Assembly (NCBI RefSeq): GCF_001194135.2
Contig: NC_068989.1
Coordinates: 69,216,382 to 69,280,381, forward strand
Direction of reading: 5' to 3'
DNA from: Octopus bimaculoides
Taxonomy: Eukaryota
Length of the DNA: 64,000 bases
Position numbers and translations under genes: made by a program. Shown here one piece after another: positions 52,477 through 64,000 of the stretch. The notes beneath the pieces were generated by a model. It ran no database searches. It saw only the letters and a list, made by a program, of their open reading frames with translations, and was not told the origin of the DNA. Position 1 is the first letter of the stretch. The number at the start of each line of letters is the position of its first letter.

Positions 52477-52710
52477 AAAATATTATAGAAAGGAATATTG
52501 AAATATTTTTCATTTTTCTTTGTGAAAAGTTCTTCATCTGAGGAGGAAAGCATGTCATTACAAGAGGAGTCCTTGGCCCGAGATTTATCAGAGAGGTTAT
52601 TCTTGCTCCTAGTAATGAAGCATTTTTTACCCTTTGTAACCTTACAACCCCACACTGATAAGTCCTCCAAGAGTGCGGAGTAGCCAGTTATATTGGATGT
52701 GATGTGGCGG
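52477..52710 (-). CDS. UVRAG: Candidate extra (cassette) UVRAG exon, 78-aa in-frame insert RHITSNITGYSALLEDLSVWGCKVTKGKKCFITRSKNNLSDKSRAKDSSCNDMLSSSDEELFTKKNEKYFNIPFYNI-L
   Basis: 234 nt (multiple of 3), acceptor tgtttactttttacatttag, donor TTT|gtaagt. Phase 2-2 matches the host intron and the frame has no stop. More GC-rich than its flanks and unlike any repeat I can see in the window. No expression evidence. Confidence 0.65.
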
Positions 52711-53149
52711 CTAAATGTAAAAAGTAAACAGGAGAATCAAGGCTCAAATGGAGAACTGCATTAATCAAAATTATCAACTGAGAATGAGACATAGAAATTT
52801 ATAAAGAAAAACTATTAGAAAATTCAAGATATTCATAATTTCGATATGAACAGAAAACAAGTGGTTTAGGGGTGGATTAAAAAGAGGAAAGGAAATGGAC
52901 AATGAGGAAGAAACAGGAAGTTAGTAGAACTTGAACACAGGAACAAGGAAAGAAAATGACATAACAAATTGCAAATGCTGAGTGGGTCACCAACAATATA
53001 TCTTGTATGTATCTATCATATCATATCTGTCATATCACAGTATTTTATAATAAAGATACAGAGAAATCCTTTCAATATTATGTGTTTACATGTGTAACTT
53101 GTCTACCAAAAGGAATGTTTAATTCAAAGATTTTCCCATTTTATTTTTT

Positions 53150-53870
53150 ATTAGCTCCATTACTACAAGAGAGGAGTGGATGACAAAGGTAACAAGGAGT
53201 TCTTACAAGACAAACTACTGAGTGTCACAGGTCAGATCTATGGTTGGAGTAAGGTCTCAGCCAAATGGAAAATTTTGTGGTGGTGGAATAATACAGTAGA
53301 GAGAGCCATAAAAACCAGAAGACAGGACAGGAAAGACTGGAAGAAACTGAGCAGCAAAGAACAATATGAAGTAGCTAAAATGGAATTTGAAAGTAAAAAG
53401 TTTGCATATGTTTTGCAATCTAAGGATCAGAAATGTCAGGTATTCTGAATTGCAAAGCAATGTATTTGAGAAAAGAAAATCAAGACATTATTTGGGAGAA
53501 GACAGTGAAGAATGTTAACAGCACACGTGCTTTAACTGATTCTAAAAACTAAGAGGCATGAAAGTACTATTAGAAGAGGTTGTTAAATGCAAAGAATGTA
53601 TGAAAGACAGGAAGAGGATCTCCTCCAAATAGATCCAACACAGGGACCAGACATTGCAGTTGATAGTAATATAGTCACAAGCACAATGAAGGATGTAAAG
53701 GCAGAGAAGGTAGCTAGTCCATCAGGTTTAGTTGCTGAGTTGACTGAAATATCTTGCAAAGTAGGGCACTTGCATAGTCTATCAATAAAGTGAAAAACAT
53801 TTACTAAACATTTTTCCATAGCAATTTGAAAGGAAAGAATGCTCCTATTCATATACCAACTAAATAAATT
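53150..53870 (+). mobile_element. Degenerate RTE-like LINE ORF2 fragment
   Basis: WWWNNTVERAIK and GPDIAVDSNIVTSTMKDVKAEKVASPSGLVAE resemble the LINE pre-RT motif AIK.MK.GKAPGPSGI.AE. Frameshifted. Confidence 0.75.
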
Positions 53871-53900
53871 TTATTAAAATGTTAACAGATACACACACAC

Positions 53901-53935
<35 letters not shown>

Positions 53936-54117
53936 TGTAAAACTGATCAATATATTAACTTCTCTTTCATTTTTTGATGGACATTTTCAGTGCTTGGAAG
54001 TCATAGTTTTACACATTTTTTCCTATTTATTAGCCTGAGGCAAAGGCTTTTCCAAAGCACATGCATACATATTTTGGGGCAAGAATTTCAATTGATAAAT
54101 AGTCCTGTAAGGCTATT

Positions 54118-54347
54118 TTAACCCTTTAGCATTTAAACCAGCCATATCTGGTCCAAATATTCTACCTGTTTTACATTAAAACTGGTGAGATCCAGCCGCT
54201 CTCTCACATCTACACTGCAATGTCATACTAAAAATAAATAATCACATCTTTGAAATCTCAAAGCTACGAGATAATACAGGATTAATTTTATGAAATATGA
54301 ATATATAAGTATAAAATTTGACAAAGTAAACAATGCTAAACGGTTAA
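54118..54347. mobile_element. piggyBac-type MITE in a UVRAG intron
   Basis: ttaaccctttagcatt ... aatgctaaacggttaa inverted termini. Confidence 0.65.
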
Positions 54348-57300
54348 AGATATTCAGATTTCCTTCAAGAAGATAATCATACCAGTTTAAAGTTTGGATA
54401 GAGCCTTATGCATTAACTTCACAGTTATCACTAAAATTTACTTATGTTTTGATATGTAACCTCCAAAAGACAGACAAAATTTTATCATTATGGTAATAGA
54501 CCAGATAAACTTCTATTAATTTTGAGTGAAACAAAACAGGTTGGAAATGTAACAGACGTATAATTTGTTGAATCCAAAGATTTTTTTTTGTAAATACAAA
54601 AAATGATCTTGAAAATATGACATGTTAATAAATTGAGTTTATCCAAAAACTGAACTAAAACCTGTAAATTAGTTTTAATGAACAACATGAACCATTAAAT
54701 GAAATATAATCCAATTCCTGTTTATAGAATATTATTAATTTTTTATTTTAAACAGACAGTACAAAGTACATGAGTAAGTGTTGGTCAAATCACTAATTAG
54801 GGTGGCTGACAAACAGCTGAAGAGTGTAAGTCTTAATTATGAAACATTATGATAGAAGAAACAAGTTCACAGATGAAGAATCTAATCTATTAATACTCAT
54901 TACTTCTTTTTTAGCACAGTTGTAAGTTGGATTGAGTCAGCTGAAGGTTTGTATGTTTACCAGCAAATATTTCACATTTTCAATACATGACACGCAACGT
55001 CTTTGATCTGTTACTTTCCTCTTAGTATAGGAAGAATATATTTCTCATTTCATACAGTAGTATTCAGTTGTTCATACACTCATCTGGTTAGCATTTGCAA
55101 ATGTTAACAGAAGCTGGTTAAAGATAATTTTATTTCATTGTTAGTTATTAAACAAGGAGTATATGGTTAATAGTAAGGTATATAAAGATAATAATGGTTC
55201 TTAGTAATGGACTGGGAAAGAACAAGAAAAAATTGAAAAGAGAATGTAGTTGGGTGGTAAAAGTAGCAGCTTCAGAGTATATTTTAAAAGAACTATGAGT
55301 GGATGGATAAATAAAGGTAGTATCAGCAGAAAAAGCAAGAAATACAACTTTGTCATGTATTATTTGTATTCAGTTGAAACCCACAATAGAATACCACTGT
55401 TACATATACACACATTGTAGACCTCGTCCAGAAATAATGAAACAAAAAAAACCCCAAAAAAAACACTTGACCAATTAACATGGAGTTACTGTGTTATTTA
55501 CTCAGTTTTTTTTTTTTTTTTTAAATAATACTACTCAGGTTTCTACTCCTTGGAGTTGACTGACTCACTTTTCTATTTTGAAAACCAAAGCTTTGGGAAT
55601 GGATTTGGTTGATGGAAACTGAAAGAAACACATCACACTTGTGTATGTGTGTGTGTGTGTGGGGGGGTGTCTCCTTGTCTTGACATTGCATGATGGCTGT
55701 CAGTGTAACTGTTATATGAGCAGTGTCATTTATTTCCAATATCCTGAAAAAACAATGTCTGGCCATGGAGAAATATTACCTTGCTTGAAAACAGGAAAAG
55801 GTGTGTGACAGAAAAGGTAAATGGCCATAGAAAAATCCCATGCAAATTCTCTCTAACCAATGCAAGCATGGAAAAGTGGATGTTGAAATGATTTTTATTA
55901 TTATCATTTAGAGTTGAATTCTGATTATTAAGATCATTATTTCCTTTTAATCCCTCCATATCCAGCAAAATACTAGTGAATTTGTGGCATTAACCATATC
56001 CACTATAAACCTTCTAAAATGTCAAAAAAAAAAAAAAAAACTAAGTGGAAGGAAACTAATATTTTTGTGTTTAGTGAATGAATCACTGAGCCACATCATT
56101 TATTCTTGCTGTTTTCATGAAAAGTAAAAATAAAACCTCAGTAAACCTTCCAACATTTTAATACTAAACAATAATGTGTAGATAACTTGTTAAAAAAGCA
56201 ATGATAAAATGCAAGCTTGGTAGGCAAATAAAGCAAGAGTTAAAATATTGGTTAAGATGCAGCAGGAAATAAAATAATTCAGTGGGGATTTGTTTACAAA
56301 ACCTCATTTATGTATTATATTCTGTAGAATTATGTTAAAACAATAACCGTAAAGAATTTTCCCATGGAAAACTACATGCATTAAATATTTGACTAGAATG
56401 TTTTAAAATGTATGACCACTCATAAATTAGGTTATATAAATATAGCTCAATAGTTTATAGTTATTAAAACTGTTTTATGCAGGCACACATACATGCATGC
56501 ACACACACTTTCTGTTTTTAATACATACAATTTTTAAAGATTAAAAATCAAAAATAACTGTAAAATTAATGGTTTCAAAATAGACTTTAACAATTAGATT
56601 ATTAAGCAATTATTATTATTAAGAAAAATGTGCAACAAAAGAAAAATATAAAATAATAGTATAAAATAATCTGTGTGGAAGATTTGTACTTTAAAAATTT
56701 TATATCTTAAGTTGATTTCTTAAAGCTGTGGAATCTATTAATTTGAATTAAAACTTCAATAAATAGAGTTACATTTAATAATTTATTTGCTTCCGTGCAA
56801 TAAAGCTGTTCAAATGTAAAGAATTCTTAAAAGCTTGAACTAGCTTTCAATTTCATCATTTGCTACTAATAAGAGCTTAGTATTTGAAACAAAGAATTAT
56901 TAACAATAAGCATTATAAGGTTAATATTAAAATTCAATATAGGTGCATAAATGGCATACAGGTGAGGGCAGGAATTGTGTGGTTAAGATATTTTCTTCTT
57001 AACCACATGTTCAGTCCTACTGTATGGCACCTTGGGCAAGTAGTGTCTTCTGCTATAGCTCTGGGCCAACCTTATGAATGGATTTGGTAAAAACTGAAAG
57101 AAGTTCGTCATATATATATGTGCATGCATGTGTTAGAGTTGCATAGTCTTGATATCACATGATAGTTGTATACAAGCATCACCATCATACAATTGGTCTC
57201 CTTTGTTTCCAATCTTCTGTGAGAACAATATTTCCTTGCTTAGAAACAAGTAGGAATGGTGACAAGGAGGGCATCCAGCCATAGAAAATCTGCCACAATG

Positions 57301-57380
57301 CATTCCATCTGACTCATGTGAACATGGGAAAATGGACATTAAAATGATGATGGTGTAAAATTATAATAGTAATTTTTTAC

Positions 57381-57465
57381 CTAAGGGAATTATGATTTTT
57401 TCTCTTCTCTTCCAGCTCCGTTTGCTCCACTTTAATTGCTGCATATTGTTCTTGTAAAAATGTCT
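57381..57465 (-). CDS. UVRAG: UVRAG coiled-coil exon (K-TFLQEQYAAIKVEQTELEEKRKNHNSL-R)
   Basis: 85 nt, acceptor attttgcttacag, donor TAG|gtaaaa. Phase 1-2 bridges the flanking exons exactly. Confidence 0.9.
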
Positions 57466-59663
57466 CTGTAAGCAAAATATCCAAGATATTCTCATAGTTA
57501 ATAAAAATTAAAAAAATTATGTTAATCTATTGATCATATGTAGTTACAATTCCTGAGGCTGACCCTGATTCTATGATACAAACTTCATGTTTTAAAGTGA
57601 TTTAAATTAAAACTTTCCATCAAAATTTTGTGTTTAATTCGTTTCAAATTTTGACAAAAAGTCAGTAACTTTTGGTGCAGAGGATCAGTTGATTACATCA
57701 ACCTCTTCACTTGAGTGATACTTTCATTTTATCAACCCTGAAAGGATGAAAGCAAAGTTGACCTCAGCAGGATTTGAACTCGGAATGTAGCAATCTAGAA
57801 CTAATATTGCAAAGAATTCTTCCCAATGTTCTAACAGCCTTGCCAGCTTGCTACTCTTGACACAAGTTTAACAAGGAGTTATTTTACTAAATTCATCATC
57901 CTTTTCAATATCAATTAAAATGAAAGCAGTGTTTTTCAATTGATATATGCAAACAAAGTGTCAGGAATAGCAAAAAACTCAGTTATTAGCCATAAGATTA
58001 AAATATGTCTACAACGATAAGGTAGTTCTCCATTTTGGGATCACTTAAAAGTAAGTGGTTAGCATTTTGAAAGTCATTGCAAAATGCATCAATATAGAAT
58101 GTACTGTCAAATCAAACTGGTATGAAAAAGCAATGTAAATAAAATTATGTTTACCAATTTCTTAATTTGCCAATTAATTAATAAATGCATTCACTGTTAA
58201 TTAATGAATCTCTTATTTGCTATTTCAGTTGATTGCTACTATCACGGTCTTGCCTCACAGCTTTGTAGTTTATTTAGTGATCGCAAGTCAATAAGGGAGA
58301 CTCTACATGATCACTCATCTGCTAGAAATAGCAGCCAAATCTCTCTCTCAAATCATACCTTACTATTTACAGAAGTACACTGGATGAGGTGGAAGGCCTT
58401 TGATGTTAGGTCTGCACAATGAACAACAATACTACAACTTGCAATAAAACAGATGTGGTACTGGACGGCAAGTTTATGCCTGTAGGGTTACATCAGTATA
58501 AGTATTTATTTGCATGTAGAATCATTAGTTCTGCATATCTCAAGTCTTCAAGCTATAGAGAATAGGTGCCAGATTAACATGTTGAGAAGTTTACTACCCA
58601 ACCATATGGTCTCAGGTTCAGGTTCAGTCTCACTGCACAGCACCTTAGGCAAGTGTTTTCTACTCTACCCCTGGGTTGACCAAAGCCTCGTGAGTAAATT
58701 TGATAAACTGAAAGAAACTGATCATGTGTGTGTGTTGTGTGTATGTGTATGCCCTTGTCTTGGCATCACATAAAGGCTGTAAATGAGCATTATCAATATA
58801 CAAGCAATGTTGTCTGTTTCTAGTCTTCTGCAAAAACATGTCTGGCCAAGGGAAATATTATCCTAATTGGAAACAGGTGAGGGTTGGAAACAACAAAGGC
58901 ATCCACCTGTAAAAATATCTGTTTCACCAAGTTCCATCTGACCAATGGATGCATGGAAAAGTAGATATTAAATGATAAAGGATGATGATGAGACAAATAT
59001 CCATATGTTTAATGCTATTAAATCTACCATACTTATCTGTCAGGATAGATTCATTAAATATTCTTCAGATAATTGTTTCTTTCTAATTGTTAGCTTCTAA
59101 ACATTTGAATTTATAGCAAAATTTACTTTCAGTTTATGTTCCAAGATTTCAATCCCAAATATACATCAAAAGTGACACTGCCTTTTGATTTATTAACCAT
59201 ACAAATATACAAATACCTCATGCAATTAACTGTGATAAACTGACCTGAAGTTCTCTTCATTAGAATGTAATTAACCCAAAATTTACAGATAATGAATAGC
59301 CAATAGATTTTCTTCTATATCCTTTGCACAAGTTTTTATAAATCATTTCAAGTATAATATTAGTCTCTTAGTCCAATTGTAAATTCAATAAAGATAAATA
59401 CATTTTCATCCTAAAGCCTACCAGTGGTCAATACATTTTATTTTCCTAAATTATAAAATGTCATTTGTATACTAGGTAGAAAATGTCATTTGTATACTAG
59501 TGGAAAATACATTTTATTAAATATTTAAAAAAATTACATAAAGTTATGTTCTTCAGTACAACTTTAAAAACTGTATTTTTAGCATAAAAGAGGTTCCCAC
59601 TGCTACCTATTGTGTTGATAGTGGCTGTGGTGGCAGTAGTAATAAAATTGCATCAATACTCAC

Positions 59664-59790
59664 TTCTAATATGATTGTCATTTGTCAAAGAATCCCTCTC
59701 TTCCTTTTGACTCTGTAAGTTGGCTGACTGCCACTGCATCTCACTTTGCAGTTGATGCACTCGCAGCAATAGCTCTTCTTTTGCAGACAG
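59664..59790 (-). CDS. UVRAG: UVRAG coiled-coil exon (LSAKEELLLRVHQLQSEMQWQSANLQSQKEERDSLTNDNHIR)
   Basis: 127 nt, acceptor ttttccctttaacag, donor GAA|gtgagt, phase 0-1, open frame. Confidence 0.93.
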
Positions 59791-60126
59791 CTGTTAAAGG
59801 GAAAAGAAATAAAATCCGTTTCATCAACATTATCTCTGATGATTTACTTTTTAAGCCATTAATTACAATATTTCTCTTGAGATATACTAATTTTGAAAAT
59901 AAGGAAGAATTTAGGAAAATAATTTTGTCATTATTAAACTAGGCGCAGGAGTGGCTGTGTGGTAAGTAGCTTGCTTACCAACCACATGGTTCCTCATTCA
60001 ATCCCATTGCGTGGCACCTTGGGCAAGTGTCTTCTACTATAGCCTCGGGCCGACCAAAGCCTTGTGAGTGGATTTGGTAGACGGAAATTGAAAGAAGTCC
60101 GTCGTANNNNNNNNNNNNNNNNNNNN

Positions 60127-60585
60127 CCTAACGCCAACCACTCAGAGAGTGTAGTGGGTGCTTTTACGTGTCACCCGCACGAAAACGGCCACGCTCGAAA
60201 TGGTGTCTTTTATGTGCCACCCGCACAAGAGCCAGTCCAGGGGCACTGGCAACGATCTCGCTCGAAAACCCTACAAGGCCAGTCAGGCGGCACAGGCAAC
60301 GGTCACGCTCAGGATGGTACATCTTATGTGCACCCGCACAAGAGTCAGTCCAGGGGCCTTGGCAACGATCTCACTTGGCTTGCCGGGTCTTCTCACGCAC
60401 AGCACATTTCCAAAGGTCTCGGTCAGTAGTCATCGCCTCGGTGAGGCCCAATGTTCGAAGGTCTTGCCTCACCACCTCAGCCCAGGTCTTCCTGGGCCTA
60501 CCTCTTCCACGGGTTCCCTCAACTGTTAGGGAGTGGCACTGTTTCACGCAGCTATTCTCATTCATTCTCACCACATGTCCAAAAA
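60127..60585 (-). mobile_element. RTE-like LINE 3' end with 3' UTR, apparently nested inside a SINE
   Basis: ORF end VEGTRGRGRPRKTWAEVVRQDLRTLGLTEAMTTDRDLWKCAV is a typical RTE C-terminus. SINE 5' half at 59941-60106 and 3' half at about 60590-60825 flank it, across a 20-N gap. Confidence 0.85.
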
Positions 60586-61052
60586 ACCATACATATATAT
60601 ATGTATGTGTGTTTGTATGTCTGTGTTTCTCCCCACAACATCGCTTGACAACCGATGCTGGTGTGTTTACGTCCCCGTAACTTAGCGGTTCGGCAAAAAG
60701 AGACCGATAGAATAAGTATTAGGCTTACAAAGAATAAGTCCTGGGGTCGATTTTCTCGACTAAAGGCGGTGCTCCAGCATGGCCGCAGTCAAAAAATGAC
60801 TGAAACAAGTAAAAGAGTAAAAAGTAAAGAGAGTAGTGTTTGGAACTTGAATTTATATAAAATTTTGATGGATGGTTTTAATGTAGACCACTTTAAAACA
60901 AAAAGGTTCTACCAATCATAAAAATAAGGGTGGTCTCAAGAAGGTTGGTATCAAAAGATTTAAGACAGTGATTAGGATATTGGACTAGCAATTTGTATAT
61001 TGGGAATTCAGACAAAACTCGCAAAAATATAAGTTTCTTTCATAAGCTGTAC

Positions 61053-61158
61053 CTTTTTATTCCTCTCCTTTGATGCTTGAAGTTGTTGTTGAATATCATG
61101 TCGAAGTCTTTTGGCAGATGCTTTATTTTGTCTGATAGCACGCAGTATTGTATTGATT
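61053..61158 (-). CDS. UVRAG: UVRAG exon, start of coiled coil (INTILRAIRQNKASAKRLRHDIQQQLQASKERNKK)
   Basis: 106 nt, acceptor gtctttgttacag, donor AAG|gtacag, phase 2-0, open frame. Coiled-coil-like and positionally equivalent to human LHRAQCAIKQTQ... Confidence 0.93.
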
Positions 61159-62049
61159 CTGTAACAAAGACCAAACAACAACAATAATAACGATTTCAAA
61201 TTTTGGCACAAGGCCAATAATTTTGGGGAAGGGGTAAGTCGATTGCTTCAACCCCAGTACTCAACTGGTACTTATTTTATTGACTCCAGAAGGATGAAAG
61301 ATAAAGTTGACCCAAGCAGAATTTGAACTCACAACGTGAAGATGGATGAAATGCCACCAAACTTTTTTCCCTGGCATGCTAATGATTCTGTCAGCTCACT
61401 GCCATAATAATAATAATAACAATAATAATAATAATAATAATCTTTTCTACTAAAAGCACGAGACCTGAAATTTGGTGGGAGGGGACTAGTTGATTACATC
61501 AACCCGGGTTTCACTGGTACTTAATTTATCAGTCGACCTCAGCAAAATTTGAACTCAGAACGTAAGGACAGACAAAATACTGCTAAGCATTTTGTCAGGC
61601 ATGCTAGTAATTCTGTCAGCTTGCTGCCTTAATAATTATAATAATAATGATGATGATGATGCTGATGATAATAGCTTCAATAATAATTTTCCCCATCCCT
61701 TGACACAGTAACACAATTTTATACAAATGGAGTGGAATCAACTTAACTAATAAAGTAGAGATATGAAACTTTATACTGTTAGCCATTTGGTTCATCATTT
61801 TAACATTTTTGATAATACATTGGGCAAAATCTTAATCTCTGCATTCAGCAGAGTTATGGGCCGGAATTTATCAATATCACTAGTTTCTTTTCTTCCTCAA
61901 TACCATCACTTCCCAGTTAACACAGCTGGGAATGTCCCCAATCTGTTACCTGTTGCAACATATATAAGTTAAGAGAGAAGTCAAAAATTTGCCATGTATC
62001 CATAGGACAAACTGGCTGACAAAAGTGATTTGCTTCTCACAACTCACAG

Positions 62050-63330
62050 CTGTTGCTTTTTTTTTTTTTCATGACACTCCAGCTTTATGCAAAGAGTCAC
62101 AATAGGCCATCAAAATAGACATTTAAGTTTATTATCCTTAGGTCATTACAACACTCAAAACAGTTAAGAAAAGTGAAGTTGGAAAACCACTGCCTACCTG
62201 GATTTGAATAAATCCTGCCCCTTGTGGTTTTTGACAAACCATGAAGGGTATATTTTTTTGTGGAACAATCAAATGGTTTTGTGCTCCAATGTCTAAGAGA
62301 TCTGACAATGCAATCTTCATATTTCATTTTAAAGAAGTAATTGAGAATCATTTTTTCTGTTGGCACATTCACGATGCCATTGCTAATTGCCACTTATATT
62401 CTGCTAATTAGCCCCATCTCTGTAATCTATTGCTTTCTAGTATTACTTACATAGTTTTACTCTAAGGGCTCACTTCAGAGAATGCCACTACCAGTTGTTT
62501 ACAATCACTCATCAACTCCAGTTTAACTACATTGCTAATCCAGTTACTGTAGGCTTTCCAGGCAGGGAATGACACATTCAGCTTCCAACAATCTGGCTCC
62601 TGTCTAAGAATATTATATAGGTCAACTGTGCAGATGATAAACTTGTGATTTGTGCAGCTGACCATCTGACATCATGGATGCCCTATGTTATCCCTATCCA
62701 CTAACCTAATGAATATTGATCTAGATTCGATCTGAAAGTGACAGTACCGTTTATCTATGTCTACAATGGCATATTAAAAAAATCCAGTGGGTGCCCACCA
62801 GATAGCTGGAACTGGTTGAGTAGACTTGTAATGCCATCACTCACATCTATCAGATAGTCCAATATAATCCCAGTGTGTGTCTAAGATGCCATTCTAAAAA
62901 CCCACTAGTATTTATGAGTGGGACATTACAAGAATGTCTCTAGATGCCTGAAGAAGTCACATAGAGACATAACTGGTCAGTAGCTTGAATTGTTGATTTG
63001 CTGTTAAATCTTGGACTCTTGACTTACCACCAAAAATCAGGAAGATTGTCTATATTTTGAGATGCAGACCGTTCCGGAACAACATTAACACTCCACTTGA
63101 ACTAGGCCTGTGTACACTTTTTAGTCACTGACAAGCATGAATGACTGTAAACAAGATATTCTGGTCTCATTACTACATTGAAACATGATCTTAGCTTAAG
63201 TAAGTGACCTTGTTTCCAAGCTAGCTCCAGGTCACGAGATGTTGCTACTGTTGTAGGTGCTAAAGTTCTACTACTGATCTCCTTGTCACTACTGTCACCA
63301 TCACCCTCTTCAACATAACTCACACAGGGA
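62050..63330 (-). mobile_element. Degenerate LINE 5' region/apurinic endonuclease domain
   Basis: Broken frames resemble LINE APE segments (..VVAFSEVSP; ..HWSTKPFDCSTKKYTLHGLSKTTRGRIYSNPGRQWFS). No splice-compatible UVRAG similarity. Confidence 0.5.
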
Positions 63331-63943
63331 TTGTTGGTGACTTGTAATATAGCAGGGCCAACAGTTGTTATGTTACAGTAAATGTCACATGCTGATGAAG
63401 TAAGATGGAGGTGGGAAAGTCACGTTTTTTGCATTCTGTTTAACTGAAGTGAGATACTCTATTTCTCTGTTCATTTTGCCTCTCACTTTTCCATTTTTAT
63501 TGCTTTTAAATACAAGTGTCACCATATTTAAAACATTTCTCTTTAAAAATCATTTCTGCAATGGAAAACAAAAACATGACACCAAAAAAAAGGGCTAGAA
63601 AAACTAGCTGCCAAGTGCTGAGTTGGGTAGGAATCAGTTGATTATACCAACTCCAATACTTGGCTAGTACTTATTTCATTGAATTTGGACTGTAAAGGGA
63701 TGAACTAAATACTAGAAGGTATTTGGTCTGATGCTCTATCAATTCTGCCAATAAAATATCTAATTTTGAATGAACTATCTTATTTTGAATTTCTATAAAT
63801 ACCAGCTTCTAATATGAACACACAAGGCTGTATGTCAAAGTTAAAAGTGAAGGAAAATGGGTGTTGATTTGGTCTGCAGGTGGATTAATTTACTCCAATA
63901 ATTTTCCTAGAGATAACAGTTTTGCTTATGAATTTAAGCTTAC

Positions 63944-64000
63944 CTCGTTAGAGAACTGTGTCCATACGAAAATATGAGATTGGAATGTTCTGTTTGATAA
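63944..64000 (-). CDS. UVRAG: UVRAG internal exon, truncated by window edge (..YQTEHSNLIFSYGHSSLT-R)
   Basis: Donor AG|gtaagc at 63943, phase 2 end fits the next exon. Peptide aligns to human ..VRNSYDVFSLLR (recalled from memory). Confidence 0.85.

Noticed and set aside
52498-52683. Plus-strand 61-aa ORF as an independent gene
   Set aside because: It is the antisense shadow of the minus-strand exon, which has the splice sites and phase fit.

Overview
AT-rich eukaryotic genomic DNA, dense in microsatellites and SINE/LINE/MITE fragments, with six N gaps. The repeat families look like those of Octopus (coleoid cephalopod); that is inferred from recalled repeat sequences, not from a search. The one securely identified gene is the 3' part of UVRAG (autophagy/endosomal PI3KC3 complex II subunit) on the minus strand. 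I reconstructed it by hand as 10 phase-consistent GT-AG exons from the window edge (64000) to a TGA at 42882-42884; the 5' exons (C2 domain) lie beyond the window. The best new observation is an extra, non-repetitive 234-nt exon (52477-52710) in the 8.4-kb intron of the coiled-coil region. It is phase 2-2, open in the UVRAG frame, flanked by a good acceptor and a GTAAGT donor, and would insert 78 aa where I recall no vertebrate counterpart. The 1-24 kb region holds scattered strong minus-strand splice signals, including a Kozak ATG plus signal-peptide-like first exon, which may be an unidentified second gene (uncertain). The rest is transposon debris: deleted mariner, 2.16-kb Charlie/Buster-type hAT, Gypsy integrase remnant, RTE, CR1 and RLE LINE pieces, piggyBac- and hAT-type MITEs, and tRNA-derived SINEs. 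I found no CRISPR array, rRNA or intact tRNA gene.
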